Positions 48,378 to 60,920 of a stretch of DNA of 64,000 nucleotides are shown here, one piece after another. The notes beneath the pieces were generated by a model, which was given only the letters and a program-made list of their open reading frames with translations, searched no databases and was not told the DNA's origin. This stretch comes from Nitrospiraceae bacterium (lineage in GTDB: Bacteria > Nitrospirota > Nitrospiria > Nitrospirales > Nitrospiraceae). The stretch is taken from assembly GCA_050246315.1 (NCBI GenBank), contig JBFWWG010000007.1, positions 96,001-160,000 of the forward strand, read 5' to 3'. Numbering within the stretch: the first letter of the stretch is position 1; each line of letters begins with the position of its first letter. The position numbers and the translations under genes are program-made.

Positions 48378-49073
48378 ATGATCAAACTGCTCCGCGAAGT
48401 AAGTCACGATCACCCCTGGATTCTCAAGACCATCATGGGTGTGCTGGCGGTGGCGTTCATCATCACCATGGGCTGGTGGGGATTCAGCGAGCAGACCTCC
48501 ACCGAGATTGCCATGGTTGGCGACCAGAAGATCCCGATCGACGAATTTCGCAGGGGATACGAAAATGCCTATCGCTTCTACCGCGACAACCTCCAAGGGG
48601 AGGTCAAGGAGGAGACCATCAAACAGATGGTGCTCGACCAACTGATCGACACACGACTATGGCTCCAGGTCGCGCGCGAGTTGAACCTGGCAGTGACGCC
48701 CGATGACTTGCGCGACTATATCATCAACCGGACTGATTTCCAGCGGGAAGGAAAGTTTGATCCCGACCTATACCGGAGAATCTTGGCCGCCAATCGGTTG
48801 ACTCCTGCGATTTTTGAAACGATGCAGACCACTGAACTGCTGGCCAATAAGGCCCGCGCGTTGGTCCGAGACTCCGTGGCGCTCACACCGGAAGAAATCA
48901 GCGAGGCCCGGTCTTTAGCCGCCAGACAACCTCAGAGCGAGGCCGGCAAAGGGTCCAACAAGGACACCATCTTCCAGGATTTCCTCTTTCAGAAGCAGCA
49001 GCGTGCCATGGTTGCGTACGGGCAGGCATTGAAGACGAGAATTCCGGTGAAGATTCACAAAGAACTGCTCTAG
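48378..49073 (+). CDS. SurA N-terminal domain / PpiD-like chaperone
   Basis: N-terminal TM helix, VLDQLID..L and FQREGKFD..LY; no PPIase domain. Confidence 0.85.
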   Translation: MIKLLREVSHDHPWILKTIMGVLAVAFIITMGWWGFSEQTSTEIAMVGDQKIPIDEFRRGYENAYRFYRDNLQGEVKEETIKQMVLDQLIDTRLWLQVARELNLAVTPDDLRDYIINRTDFQREGKFDPDLYRRILAANRLTPAIFETMQTTELLANKARALVRDSVALTPEEISEARSLAARQPQSEAGKGSNKDTIFQDFLFQKQQRAMVAYGQALKTRIPVKIHKELL

Positions 49074-49090
49074 CTCACCCTTCCCCCCTG

Positions 49091-50134
49091 TCACAAGAGC
49101 AACATCGCGTCGCCATAGCTATAGAATCGATACCGCTCCTCAACCGCCACCCGATAGGCTCGGCGGAGATCGTCGAACCCGCAGAAGGCCGCGACAAGCA
49201 TCAACAACGTGGTACGGGGCAGGTGAAAGTTTGTCAGGAGTGCATCGACTACCCGGAAGCGATATCCCGGGGTGATGAAGAGGTTGGTGCTTCCTGAGAT
49301 CGAAGCCAGCGTCCCCTCCTCATTCGCCGCCGATTCGAGGGTCCGGATCACTGTTGTCCCGACAGCCACCACCCGCCCACCACGGCGTTTTGTGTCGCTA
49401 ACGGACTGGACTGTCTGTTCGGGAACGAAGTAGGCCTCGGCCTCCATCGTATGACCTTCAATGTGTTCGGCGCTGACGGGCGTGAAGGTTCCGAGCCCGA
49501 CGTGCAGCGTCACCGTTGCCCAGCCGATTCCGGCCGCCCTCAGGCGGTCGATCAGCTCTTCGGTAAAGTGTAGGCCAGCGGTCGGAGCCGCGATCGCACC
49601 CTCTGCTTGAGCGAACACGGTTTGATACCAACGGCGATCATCGGTACAGGGAGGACGCTTGATATACGGCGGCAACGGAACCTCGCCGGAGGTCTCGAGG
49701 AGGCGTGCCGGCGGCACTGGTGAAGCTACCTCAATCACGGCGCGCTCGTCGCGCCGCTCGGCAACGACCGCTCGCATTCCTCCGGTCAATTCAAGAACCT
49801 GCCCGACTCTGACCCGGCCCTTTAACAGCACCTCCCACCGGGAGGGTCCGATTGGGCGCACGTACAGCAGTTCCACACGACCACCGGTCTCGAGTTTTCG
49901 CCCATGGAGACGGGCCGGCAACACCTTGGTATCATTCGCCACGACCAGATCGCCGGCTCGCAAGAGAGCGGGGAGATCCGACACTTGACGGTGCGCGAGT
50001 TCCGATCGGTCCTTCGATCCGCAACCGACCCCTGCGCGTCGGAGCACCAGGAGACGCGCATCGTGCCTTGGTTCGACCGGCTGGGACGCGATCAGCAGTG
50101 GATCAAACGGTACATCAAACTCGGAGAGCAGCAT
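49091..50134 (-). CDS. queA: S-adenosylmethionine:tRNA ribosyltransferase-isomerase
   Basis: PLPPYI, AAPTAGLHF, TNFHLP and RFYSYGDAM. Confidence 0.97.
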   Translation of the reverse strand: MLLSEFDVPFDPLLIASQPVEPRHDARLLVLRRAGVGCGSKDRSELAHRQVSDLPALLRAGDLVVANDTKVLPARLHGRKLETGGRVELLYVRPIGPSRWEVLLKGRVRVGQVLELTGGMRAVVAERRDERAVIEVASPVPPARLLETSGEVPLPPYIKRPPCTDDRRWYQTVFAQAEGAIAAPTAGLHFTEELIDRLRAAGIGWATVTLHVGLGTFTPVSAEHIEGHTMEAEAYFVPEQTVQSVSDTKRRGGRVVAVGTTVIRTLESAANEEGTLASISGSTNLFITPGYRFRVVDALLTNFHLPRTTLLMLVAAFCGFDDLRRAYRVAVEERYRFYSYGDAMLLL

Positions 50135-51366
50135 TACGATGGGCGCTGTGGAGATAGGTCAACCTGGTCAATTCGCAGGAGGCTCGTGCCGGGATAATAA
50201 TAAGATAGGATCGTGCCGAATGAATATCCGAGTTCGGCCATTTCCTTGGCGCCCCATTGGCACAGGCCGACGCCATGCCCGGCCCCGAATCCATTAAAGA
50301 CCACATCGGATCCGACCGATTCGATCTCGAATCGAGCGCTGGGCAGGATCGAATAGCCCACGATCTTCCGGAGATCTTCTCCCCGGAGCAGCAGCTCTCC
50401 TCCTGAATGGAGGATCCTAATACGAGTCACCCGTCCTGCCCGGCTGAAGCCGAAAGGCGTCACCGTCGCGACAACGCCGACTCCGATCCCTTGTTGCCGA
50501 AGCGCCCGTTCGAGCTTGTCGATTGGAACGGCAACGCGCCAGCGGTAATAGGGAGACTTCAGATCAAATGGGCAGTCGACTCCCCTTAGATAGGGAAGAT
50601 CGATCGCCCATACGTTCAGCGCATCTTCCGTAGGTCCAGCGGCGGTCGAGGAGAAGGCCGCATAGATCGGCCTCCCCTGAAATCCGATCACGAGCCCCTT
50701 GGTCTCTTCTACCGCACGCAGTATCCGCTCATCGACTCCCTGCCGGCCTTGATACACCTGATCTTGGACCCCTGCGACCACATCGTAGTCTCGGCCCGCG
50801 CTCATGGTCCGCTGGTAGAGCGCGTAGGTCCTGGCCGCCACCGCCTGGGCCTTCAGGACTTCAGGGTGCCATCCGGCACTGACCTCGCCGGGCACCACTC
50901 CCTTCGTATAGTCTTCTAAATCCACCTCGTTGACGACCATCAACTGACGACCATGTTGAATGACCTGAAGACCGCCAGACAGGGTCCACTTCGTGAGGGT
51001 CCCGACCCCGGCATTACCGTCCAGAGACGGCTTCCCAGCGCCGGCCGTCGTTTGGACCAGCCCGATGACAAGCCCGGTGCGTCCGCCATGCATCGTCAGC
51101 CGATCCGACGACGATGCGGCTCCGGACAGCAGCAGACCCGCACTCCCTGGAGTGACGATCAGAGGAGACGGCAGGTGTCGCTCCCGGCCGTCGGTACCCG
51201 AGACCAGGACGGTTCCGTCGGTTTGTACCTCAACCTGATTGGCCTCAGCCGCCAACAAGACCCGGATGGCGACCCCCGTACCGGCCTCTGCGGTCGGCGG
51301 CATCCCGGCCGCCATAATGGCAAGTAGCCAGACACCCAGGAGCATTCTGGAGATGAGGGGCTTCAT
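50134..51366 (-). CDS. SpoIID/LytB domain protein
   Basis: LEDY..GVV.GE, LKAQAVAARTYA and GHGVGLCQWGA. Confidence 0.93.
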   Translation of the reverse strand: MKPLISRMLLGVWLLAIMAAGMPPTAEAGTGVAIRVLLAAEANQVEVQTDGTVLVSGTDGRERHLPSPLIVTPGSAGLLLSGAASSSDRLTMHGGRTGLVIGLVQTTAGAGKPSLDGNAGVGTLTKWTLSGGLQVIQHGRQLMVVNEVDLEDYTKGVVPGEVSAGWHPEVLKAQAVAARTYALYQRTMSAGRDYDVVAGVQDQVYQGRQGVDERILRAVEETKGLVIGFQGRPIYAAFSSTAAGPTEDALNVWAIDLPYLRGVDCPFDLKSPYYRWRVAVPIDKLERALRQQGIGVGVVATVTPFGFSRAGRVTRIRILHSGGELLLRGEDLRKIVGYSILPSARFEIESVGSDVVFNGFGAGHGVGLCQWGAKEMAELGYSFGTILSYYYPGTSLLRIDQVDLSPQRPS

Positions 51367-51617
51367 CGCTTGAACAGGGTGGAGAGGACAAACCATAAGA
51401 GACTCAGGACCACGCTGACGAGCAGGCCGGTTGTGAGCGGAGCGTAGAACGTGAAGGTCTCTCGCTTGATATAAAGATCGCCCGGCAGCCTTCCGAACCA
51501 TCCGCCCGAGTCGCCGAGACCCGGCAGTTTCCCGACCAGCACAAGCAGGCCGCCCAAGGCAGCCAGCAGCATGCCCGCGACCATGAGCATCCTTCCCACC
51601 CAGCCGAACTCATCCAT
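51363..51617 (-). CDS. DUF2905 family small membrane protein
   Basis: GRLPGD.......FY.P motif between two TM helices. Confidence 0.85.
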   Translation of the reverse strand: MDEFGWVGRMLMVAGMLLAALGGLLVLVGKLPGLGDSGGWFGRLPGDLYIKRETFTFYAPLTTGLLVSVVLSLLWFVLSTLFKR

Positions 51618-51621
51618 GGTG

Positions 51622-52635
51622 TTACCGGATCAGCAATTCCGCAATCTGAACGGCGTTAAGCGCGGCACCCTTTCTCAAATTATCCGCCACCACCCACAGA
51701 TTGAGCCCATGCGCCGTCGATTCGTCTTCTCGGATGCGGCCGACATAGACGTCGTCCTTGCCCGCCACATCGAGTGGCATCGGATAAAGTTTATGGGTGG
51801 GATCATCATAGACTTGAATACCTGGCGCCGATGCCAGCAGCGCCCGCGCGTCGTTGGCGGTCAGTTTCCGCTCGGTCTCGATATTCACGGACTCCGAATG
51901 CCCAACGTAGACCGGTACACGCACTGTGGTCGCCGTAACCCGGATCGCCTGGTCCCTCATAATTTTTCTGGTCTCGTGCACCATCTTCATCTCTTCCTTC
52001 GTGTATCCGGTCGGCAGAAAATCATCGATCTGCGGCAGGCAGTTGAACGCGATCTGGTACGGATACACCTTCGGCTCCGGCTCCTTGAAACTGAGCAACG
52101 CCTTGCATTCCGCCAGCAACTCGTCCATAGCGTCCTTCCCGGTACCCGAGACGGACTGAAACGTGGTCACCACGATGCGCGTGATCTTTGCCGCGTCATG
52201 CAGCGGTTTCAGGGCGACCACCATTTGGATCGTCGAGCAGTTCGGGTTGGCGATGATGCCCTGGTGGCGAGCGGCGTCCGCCGAATTCACTTCCGGCACG
52301 ACCAGCGGAACCGTCGACTCCATGCGCCAAGCCGCACTGTTGTCGATCACCAGGGCTCCAGCTTTGACCGCGATCGGAGCGTACTCGCGGCTCACGTCAC
52401 TGCCAGCGGAAAAGAGGGCGATATCCACCCCGGCAAACGACGCCTTCGTGAGTTCCTGCACCGGCACATCCGTTCCGCAGAATCCGACTGTCCCTCCGGC
52501 AGAGCGGCTTGAAGCCAACGGCACGAGCCGCTCCACCGGGAATGCGCGTTCTTCGAGGATTTCGATCATTTCCGCACCGACCGCGCCGGTGGCACCGACG
52601 ACTGCGACGGTATAGGCGGGTTTAGTTTTCAACAT
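51622..52635 (-). CDS. asd: Aspartate-semialdehyde dehydrogenase
   Basis: VVGATGAVG, ANPNCST and DNLRKGAALNAVQIAE. Confidence 0.97.
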   Translation of the reverse strand: MLKTKPAYTVAVVGATGAVGAEMIEILEERAFPVERLVPLASSRSAGGTVGFCGTDVPVQELTKASFAGVDIALFSAGSDVSREYAPIAVKAGALVIDNSAAWRMESTVPLVVPEVNSADAARHQGIIANPNCSTIQMVVALKPLHDAAKITRIVVTTFQSVSGTGKDAMDELLAECKALLSFKEPEPKVYPYQIAFNCLPQIDDFLPTGYTKEEMKMVHETRKIMRDQAIRVTATTVRVPVYVGHSESVNIETERKLTANDARALLASAPGIQVYDDPTHKLYPMPLDVAGKDDVYVGRIREDESTAHGLNLWVVADNLRKGAALNAVQIAELLIR

Positions 52636-52675
52636 GGTCTCGTCCTTCCTGAGCGGGATCGGTGAACGCCTGCCG

Positions 52676-53896
52676 CTACGCACTCACCTTGCGTATTCGA
52701 TGGTTGAACGTATCCGCAATATAGACCTGGCCCGCTCGGTCGACGGCAACCCCAAAGGGATAATTCAAGCTGGCATCGGAGGCCGCTCCTCCGTCCCCGC
52801 CGAATTGTGCCCGTCCTGTTCCGACAACGCGGGTGATGATCTTCTTACGCCGGTCCCAGCGACGCAGCAGATGACTATCCGAATCGGTAATCAGTAGGTG
52901 CCCTTCCCGGTCCAAGGCAATCCCGTACGGCCGCGAGAGACTCGTAGACCACTCGTGGGGCACTCCTTGGTAGCGATACTCGCTGCCGTCGCCGGCGACC
53001 GTGCGAATCATGCCGGTCGCAGAGTCCACTGCCCTGATGCGGCCATTGAACGTATCGGCCACATAGAGTGTCCCATCATCGCCCCAGGCGAGTCCACTGG
53101 GCCCGGCCAGCCCCGCCTCAACCGCCGGCATGCCGTCGCCGGTATAGCCGGCCTCTCCGGTCCCGGCCACCGTGACGATGATACCCGTGGCCAGATCGAT
53201 CCGGCGGACGCGATTGTTGCTCTGATCCGCGACATACAACCCGCCGCAGCCGTCGAGCGCCAGAGCGGCCGGCTCGTTCAAGGCCGCCTTGGCTGCGAGG
53301 CCACCCTCGCCGGAAAATCGACGTTGGCCGGTTCCCGCGATCGTGGTGATGATCCCGGTTTTCGGATCGACGCGCCGCACCCGATGGTTCATAGTATCCG
53401 CAACAAACAACGTCCCATCCGCATCGACCGCCACCGCGGAGGGGAAGTTCAGGCGCGCCTTCATAGCCGGGCCTCCGTCCCCGGCGAAATGTGCGCTGCC
53501 GTCCTGAGCCTTGCCGACTACGAATCGGACGGTACCTCCGAGATCCGCCAATTGCGCGAAGCGTCCCTCGGTTTGCGGCGCCGGATCGGCCAGGAGGTCC
53601 TCCGCGCCGCCGTCCATCGCCTCCGAGACGTGATCGGTTCCGGCAGGCGAGCCTGGCTCATCGGACTCCAAGTGTCCGGCCACGGTGGTGATGACGCCGG
53701 TCGCGGCATCGACTTTCCGAATGAGGTGATTTTCCGCGTCTGCAATATAGAGGTGTCCGCGATCATCGACGGCCACCTGTTTGGGCTCATTGAGGCGTGC
53801 GAGCACCGCAGGACCGCCATCCCCCGAACAGCCAGGTTCCCCTATGCCTGCAATGGTAGTGATGATGCCTGATTCAAGAGAGACTGAGCTGCTCAT
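52676..53896 (-). CDS. NHL-repeat beta-propeller protein
   Basis: Repeated GDGGPA..A.LN.P..VAVD..G.LYIAD..NH.IR units; no signal peptide. Confidence 0.9.
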   Translation of the reverse strand: MSSSVSLESGIITTIAGIGEPGCSGDGGPAVLARLNEPKQVAVDDRGHLYIADAENHLIRKVDAATGVITTVAGHLESDEPGSPAGTDHVSEAMDGGAEDLLADPAPQTEGRFAQLADLGGTVRFVVGKAQDGSAHFAGDGGPAMKARLNFPSAVAVDADGTLFVADTMNHRVRRVDPKTGIITTIAGTGQRRFSGEGGLAAKAALNEPAALALDGCGGLYVADQSNNRVRRIDLATGIIVTVAGTGEAGYTGDGMPAVEAGLAGPSGLAWGDDGTLYVADTFNGRIRAVDSATGMIRTVAGDGSEYRYQGVPHEWSTSLSRPYGIALDREGHLLITDSDSHLLRRWDRRKKIITRVVGTGRAQFGGDGGAASDASLNYPFGVAVDRAGQVYIADTFNHRIRKVSA

Positions 53897-53986
53897 CGCC
53901 TCACCGATAACCTCTACATATCGGGCTATTGAAACACCGTGTTGGATTCACGAAAACCCACCATCGTAGATGACATCCGAAAGGCC

Positions 53987-54113
53987 GCAGGATGGTCAAA
54001 AAGACCGTCCAGCGCGGCCGCAGCGAGCGAAGAGGAGAGGCCGTACGTTTTTCGGTACGTCGAGCCTCTGAGCGTCGCGAGAACAATGCTGGCGGCCTTT
54101 TTCAACATCCTGC
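53987..54113. mobile_element. MITE-like element with terminal inverted repeats
   Basis: GCAGGATGGTCAAAAAG...CTTTTTCAACATCCTGC followed by TAG; related copy at 59110. Confidence 0.75.
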
Positions 54114-55178
54114 TAGATTGCGGATGATCGCGTCGGTCATCTCCCCGGTCCCCACCAGCCGAGTTCCCGAACTGTGGATGTCCTTGGTCCGGTAGCCAAG
54201 GTCCAGCGTCCGCACGATGGCTGTTTCGATGGCGGCGCCTTCCTTCTCCAATTGGAGGCTGTAAGACAGCAGCATGGCCGCGGAAGCAATGGTCGCGATG
54301 GGATTGGCCACGCCTTTCCCAGCGATATCCGGGGCGCTCCCGTGAATCGGCTCGTACAGCCCCACCTGGGCTCCGATGCTCGCGGACGGCAACATGCCGA
54401 TCGAGCCGGTGAGCATCGCCGCCTCATCGCTGAGGATATCCCCGAACATATTGTTGCAGAGCAGCACGTCGAACTGTTTGGGGTTTCGCACCAACTGCAT
54501 GGCACAGTTATCCACGTAGATGTGATTCAACTCGACGTCCGGATAGCTCTTGTGGAGCTCGGTCACGACACGACGCCACAACTCCGACGATTCCAACACA
54601 TTGGCTTTATCCACAGAGGTTACTTTGCGCCGGCGTTTGCGCGCCGCTTCGAAGGCCACCTTGGCAATCCGTCTGATCTCCTCGGAGGTATATACTTCCG
54701 TGTTCACGCCTCGTTCGACCCCTCCGATCTTTTCGATGCCCTTCGGCTTTCCGAAATAGATGCCCCCGATGAGTTCGCGAACCACCAGGATATCGATCCC
54801 TTCGATGATCTCTCTCTTGAGCGTCGAGGCATCCGCCAGGGCCGCGTAAAGTTTGGCCGGCCTCAGGTTGGCGTACAGGCCCAGCGCTTCTCTCAACCCA
54901 AGCAAGGCCCGCTCCGGCCGCAGGCTGTAATCCAGGCCCTCCCACTTCGGCCCGCCGACCGCCCCCAACAGCACCGCATCGCTCTGCTTGGCGAGATTGA
55001 GGGTGTCCTGCGGCAACGGAACACCGATCTTATCAATGGCCTGCCCACCGACATCGGCCGAAACAAAATCAAAGGTATGACCATGTCGTTCGGCCACCAC
55101 CTTGAGCACCCTGACCGCTTCGGGAACCACCTCCCGACCCACGCCGTCACCAGCCAACACAGCAATTTTTGCCTTCAT
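54102..55178 (-). CDS. leuB: 3-isopropylmalate dehydrogenase
   Basis: [14 protein letters not shown] and [12 protein letters not shown]. Confidence 0.97.
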   Translation of the reverse strand: MKAKIAVLAGDGVGREVVPEAVRVLKVVAERHGHTFDFVSADVGGQAIDKIGVPLPQDTLNLAKQSDAVLLGAVGGPKWEGLDYSLRPERALLGLREALGLYANLRPAKLYAALADASTLKREIIEGIDILVVRELIGGIYFGKPKGIEKIGGVERGVNTEVYTSEEIRRIAKVAFEAARKRRRKVTSVDKANVLESSELWRRVVTELHKSYPDVELNHIYVDNCAMQLVRNPKQFDVLLCNNMFGDILSDEAAMLTGSIGMLPSASIGAQVGLYEPIHGSAPDIAGKGVANPIATIASAAMLLSYSLQLEKEGAAIETAIVRTLDLGYRTKDIHSSGTRLVGTGEMTDAIIRNLAGC

Positions 55179-55243
55179 GCGAGACTCCTGCCGTCCTCAC
55201 ACCCTGTTGCCCTACGCTCCTCCGCCTGACCGCACCCGAACCA

Positions 55244-55606
55244 TTACTCGCAGATTTCCTCATCCTCCGGCTTCCAAGCCGGATCCACCAGACAGAGGAA
55301 CTCAATGTCTTCAGTTCCCGTATTTGACAGGCTTTGCGTCGCCTGCGGCGGGACATACACAATGCTCCCCTCGCACACCGGCTGATTCTCCCGGTCGATC
55401 GAAAACTCACCTCTCCCGGCCAGGAAATAGTAGACCTCCGAGGATGCCAGCCGGTGCCACTTCGATCGCTTTCCAGGGGCGAGACGTCCGTGCGCCAGGC
55501 TGTACCCGAGCTTCAGGTCCTGCTTGCCGGGATGGATCAGTTCCCGAAGTCTCGTGTGGTCTCCGGCCAAAAATTCCAGACAGTCCGAAAGCTGAACGGT
55601 CACCAT
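55244..55606 (-). CDS. Cupin domain protein
   Basis: H.L..SEVYY...G.G and VYVPP...Q...N.G. Confidence 0.85.
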   Translation of the reverse strand: MVTVQLSDCLEFLAGDHTRLRELIHPGKQDLKLGYSLAHGRLAPGKRSKWHRLASSEVYYFLAGRGEFSIDRENQPVCEGSIVYVPPQATQSLSNTGTEDIEFLCLVDPAWKPEDEEICE

Positions 55607-55651
55607 GCCGACACCCTTAAAATGAGAATCACTCTACCTGTCGCTTCTTCA

Positions 55652-57205
55652 TCAAATCAAGCTGACCCGCTGCAGGCCGGCCGCGTCCTTGCTGGCCCAA
55701 TAGGCCAGTTTATTGAGCGCATTGAGATAGGCGCGGCCGGACGCCACAATGATATCCGTATCCGACCCATGGCCGGAAACCACACGTCCGCTCTCTTCCA
55801 AACGAACCGACACTTCCCCCAGCGCATCGGTGCCGCCGGTAATCGCCTTGACCGCATACATCAACAGCTTGGCCTTGGTCCCGGTCATGGCCGCCATCGT
55901 CCGGAAGACCGCATCCACCGGCCCATCGCCATGGCCCGTCTGCCGGACCATCTGCCCGTCGAGATTCAGCTCGATCGTCGCCGTCGGCTTGTGACTCGTG
56001 CCGCTCTCCACATGCAACGATTGGAGCGTCACCCGCTCGGCGATTTTGCCTAGCTCGTCGGAGACGATGCTCTCCAGATCTTCCTCATAGATGTCCTTTT
56101 TCTGATCAGCCAGTTGTTTGAACCGTTCGAACGCCTGATTGAGCTCCTCGTCGGACAGCCGATAGCCCAATTCTTCGAGCCGTTGTCGGAAGGCATGCCG
56201 GCCGGAGAGTTTCCCCATGACCATCTTGCTGTCCACCAGTCCAACCGATTCCGGCCTCATGATCTCGTAGGTCGTCTTCTCCTTCAGCAGTCCGTCCTGG
56301 TGAATGCCGGAGGCATGGGCGAAGGCGTTGGCGCCGACGATCGCCTTATTGGGCTGGACAACCATACCGGTAATCTTGCTGACCAACCGACTGGCCTTCA
56401 GAATTTCCTCGGTGTTGACCTTGGTATCGGCGCCGTAGAACGCCCGTCTCGTGCGCAACCCCATCGCGATCTCTTCGAGTGACGTATTGCCGGCCCGCTC
56501 GCCGATGCCGTTGATGGTGCACTCGACCTGGCCCGCCCCTTCCAGGATCGCCGCCAACGAATTCGCCACCGCTAACCCGAGGTCGTTATGGCAATGGACG
56601 GAGATCACGGCCCGACCACTGTTCGACACCTTCTCGCGAATCCCACGGATGAGCGCGCCGAACTCCCACGGAACCGCATAGCCTACCGTGTCGGGGATAT
56701 TGACCGTGCCTGCGCCGGCGGCGATGACGGCCTCAATCACTTCATACAGATAATCGGGGTCCGACCGGCTCGCGTCCATCGGCGAAAACTCCACATCCTC
56801 CACGTATCCTCTCGCGCGCTGAACCATCTCGACCGCCCGTTTCTTGGCCTCCTCGCGGGTCATTCGGAACTGATGCTTGAGATGGATGTCGGAGGTGGAG
56901 AGAAACGTGTGAATCCTCACCTTGTGAGCCCCCTTCAAGGCTTCCCAGGCACGATCGATGTCTTCCGGACGGGCCCGAGCCAGGCTGCAAATGGTCGGAC
57001 CTTCCACCTCGTTGGCGATTCGGCGGATCGCCTCGAAATCCCCGGGAGAACTGTAGGCGAATCCCGCCTCGATCACATCCACGCCCAGACGGGCCAGTTG
57101 CTTGGCGACCATGACCTTCTCTTCGACGTTCATGCTTGCGCCGGGCGACTGTTCGCCGTCCCGCAACGTGGTATCAAAAATCCGGATCATCCGCAGGCTG
57201 TCCAT
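55652..57205 (-). CDS. leuA: 2-isopropylmalate synthase
   Basis: [23 protein letters not shown] and a C-terminal regulatory domain. Confidence 0.97.
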   Translation of the reverse strand: MDSLRMIRIFDTTLRDGEQSPGASMNVEEKVMVAKQLARLGVDVIEAGFAYSSPGDFEAIRRIANEVEGPTICSLARARPEDIDRAWEALKGAHKVRIHTFLSTSDIHLKHQFRMTREEAKKRAVEMVQRARGYVEDVEFSPMDASRSDPDYLYEVIEAVIAAGAGTVNIPDTVGYAVPWEFGALIRGIREKVSNSGRAVISVHCHNDLGLAVANSLAAILEGAGQVECTINGIGERAGNTSLEEIAMGLRTRRAFYGADTKVNTEEILKASRLVSKITGMVVQPNKAIVGANAFAHASGIHQDGLLKEKTTYEIMRPESVGLVDSKMVMGKLSGRHAFRQRLEELGYRLSDEELNQAFERFKQLADQKKDIYEEDLESIVSDELGKIAERVTLQSLHVESGTSHKPTATIELNLDGQMVRQTGHGDGPVDAVFRTMAAMTGTKAKLLMYAVKAITGGTDALGEVSVRLEESGRVVSGHGSDTDIIVASGRAYLNALNKLAYWASKDAAGLQRVSLI

Positions 57206-57319
57206 GGCGCACCCTCCATTCCTCGCTTGTCGTGAGCCGCCGGCGATTCAGGCGCAGCCTCTCTTCATTGGCGCCGGCGGAGAAACACCTCAAGGAGTTC
57301 TTCCCAATTGAGCCTCCAA

Positions 57320-57572
57320 AACAAAAAAGCCTTCATCCCCTATCCAGGGACGAAGGCTTTCGCGCTCCGTGGTACCACCCTGATTCGATGTCGAGCCGGC
57401 TGATCCCGGCCCTTCATCCTTCATTGTCGCCCGTGTCGTGGGCCACCCGGAATCTGCTACTGGGCTTCACAGATTCGGCTCAGAGGCGAGTTCTGCGCGC
57501 GACCGGCTGGTTTGCACCGTCCACCAGCTCTCTCGGTTCGGCCGCTATCGCGTACTACTCCTCGTCAACGCC
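57320..57572 (-). promoter_or_regulatory. T-box riboswitch (Leu specifier) upstream of leuA
   Basis: Minus strand: AGTA and GAGAG/GGTGCAA stem I motifs, GAA-CUC specifier (57490-57488), AGGGTGGTACCACGG (57381-57367), then a terminator AAAGCCTTCGTCCC...GGGATGAAGGCTTTTTT. Confidence 0.92.
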
Positions 57573-57573
57573 G

Positions 57574-58374
57574 TTACTCTTTATTTTCCAACACAGGCGT
57601 CTCAACCCTCGTTCCCCGCTTGCTCGCTGTTTTCGTCAGCAAGGCCACCATGCGGGCCAACGGACCTGAGATGGCATATCCGGCGAACGTAACAAATAGC
57701 ATAACCTGAGGCCAGGCCACGATCAACATCAGTGCGAGAATGCCCCACACGAGATAGGTGAAGTGCTGCCCTCGTCGGAACTTGAGATCCTTGAAGCTTC
57801 GATACTTGAGCGTACTGACCATCAACGAGGCGAGGCCGAGCGTGATGATCATGATCAAGACCGGCTTGACCTCGGACCCCATCTTCGTGATGTGCAGATC
57901 GAAAATGACCAGCGACGCGATGACGCCCGCCGCAGCCGGAATCGCCAACCCCGTAAAGTACTTGCTGTCCGCGGCGGCGACCGTGGCATTGAACCTGGCC
58001 AGCCGCACGGCCCCCATCGCCACGTATGCAAACATGACCGCGACGCCGAACATCCCGTGATCGCTCAAGGCGAAGGAATAGATCAACAGGCCAGGCGCCA
58101 CCCCGAACGACACGACATCGGACAGCGAATCGAACTCGACGCCGAACTGTCCGGTGCTGTTCGTCAGCCTGGCCAGCTTGCCGTCCAGCATATCGAAAAT
58201 CATGGCGACGAGGATCGCGATCGCCGCGGCCAAATGGTTGCCTTTGAAGACCGAGAGGATGGCGAACACGCCGCAGAACAAATTGCCGGTCGTACACAGG
58301 TTGGGAATAAGATACATGGCCTGTCGTTTTCGATTGCCCTTGGCAAAGGCGCCGCGCATACCATTCGGTTTCAT
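57574..58374 (-). CDS. pssA: CDP-diacylglycerol--serine O-phosphatidyltransferase
   Basis: D.LDG..AR......FG...DSL.D..SFG.AP and RLARFN. Confidence 0.95.
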   Translation of the reverse strand: MKPNGMRGAFAKGNRKRQAMYLIPNLCTTGNLFCGVFAILSVFKGNHLAAAIAILVAMIFDMLDGKLARLTNSTGQFGVEFDSLSDVVSFGVAPGLLIYSFALSDHGMFGVAVMFAYVAMGAVRLARFNATVAAADSKYFTGLAIPAAAGVIASLVIFDLHITKMGSEVKPVLIMIITLGLASLMVSTLKYRSFKDLKFRRGQHFTYLVWGILALMLIVAWPQVMLFVTFAGYAISGPLARMVALLTKTASKRGTRVETPVLENKE

Positions 58375-59021
58375 CGGAGTTCCCCCACGATCGTTTCACC
58401 GCCCTTCACGCGATCCCCGATGGACACCCGGATCGTGCTCGTCTCCGGCAGATAGAGATCCATACGCGATCCGAACCGGATCAACCCGTATCGCTCCCCC
58501 GTCGCGACCTGCACGCCTGACGTGAGCCAGCAGACAATCCGCCGCGCAATCAGTCCGGCCACCTGGACGCATAGGACCTTGACACCCTCGGCCGTCTTGA
58601 GACAGAGGGCATTCTGCTCATTTTGGATGGTCGCTTCCGGTTTATTGGCGGCCACAAACTTGCCTGGTTGATATACCACGTCTTCAACCACGCCGGCGCA
58701 GGGAATCCGGTTCACATGCACGTCGAACACGTTCAAAAAGATGCTCACCCGTGTGCTGGAGTCCTTGAGATAGCGCGGCTCGAACTCCCGGTCGATCGCG
58801 ATCACCTTCCCGTCGCCCGGCGCCACCACGATCCCGCCCTGCATCGGGACCCGTCTGGCCGGATTCCTGAAGAACCAAGCTGTAAAGAGCGTGAGGATGC
58901 CAAAGAGACATGTCGGGATTGTCCAACCGGCCACCCAGGCCCCGCCCGTCAGGACCGCCGCTCCGGCCACAAACGGCATCCCCTCCCGGACGATTGGTAT
59001 TCCGACCGCGCGATCAGCCAT
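58371..59021 (-). CDS. psd: Phosphatidylserine decarboxylase
   Basis: FFRNP.R, DVHVNR, AGLIARRI and RFGSR. Confidence 0.95.
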   Translation of the reverse strand: MADRAVGIPIVREGMPFVAGAAVLTGGAWVAGWTIPTCLFGILTLFTAWFFRNPARRVPMQGGIVVAPGDGKVIAIDREFEPRYLKDSSTRVSIFLNVFDVHVNRIPCAGVVEDVVYQPGKFVAANKPEATIQNEQNALCLKTAEGVKVLCVQVAGLIARRIVCWLTSGVQVATGERYGLIRFGSRMDLYLPETSTIRVSIGDRVKGGETIVGELR

Positions 59022-59109
59022 ACTGCGCCTGCTAGTCCGTTAAATGCCCTTATTGGACTCTCGAAACCACAGAACCCTACCCTATCGCAGATGGAATCGA
59101 AATAGGCCT

Positions 59110-59294
59110 CAGGACGTTCAAAAAGGCCGACATTCTCACCCCCCCAACCCCGGTGCGCCGGGACGCACCTTCTCTGGGGCAAAGCCACAGTGACTGAAGG
59201 GGCGAGGCGTACTCTGTCCTGTACGCTGAGCCCCTAAGCGACACGATAACCCGCCAGGCGGGTACCCCGGCTGGCGGACATTTTGAACATCCTG

Positions 59295-59295
<1 letters not shown>
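59110..59295. mobile_element. MITE-like element, longer variant
   Basis: CAGGACGTTCAAAAAGGCCG...CGGACATTTTGAACATCCTGC followed by TAG; interior similar to 53987-54113. Confidence 0.7.
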
Positions 59296-60913
<1,618 letters not shown>

Positions 60914-60920
60914 ATTCTAT

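Noticed and set aside
53901..54195. Short ORFs over the MITE-like element
   Set aside because: These are chance frames within a repeat.
55623..55637. TGAGAATCACTCTAC as a Fur box before the cupin gene
   Set aside because: The right half matches poorly and the context is not iron-related.
57574..59021. psd-pssA inside the ilv/leu cluster as a novelty
   Set aside because: The ilvC-psd-pssA-leuA order is known in other bacteria.
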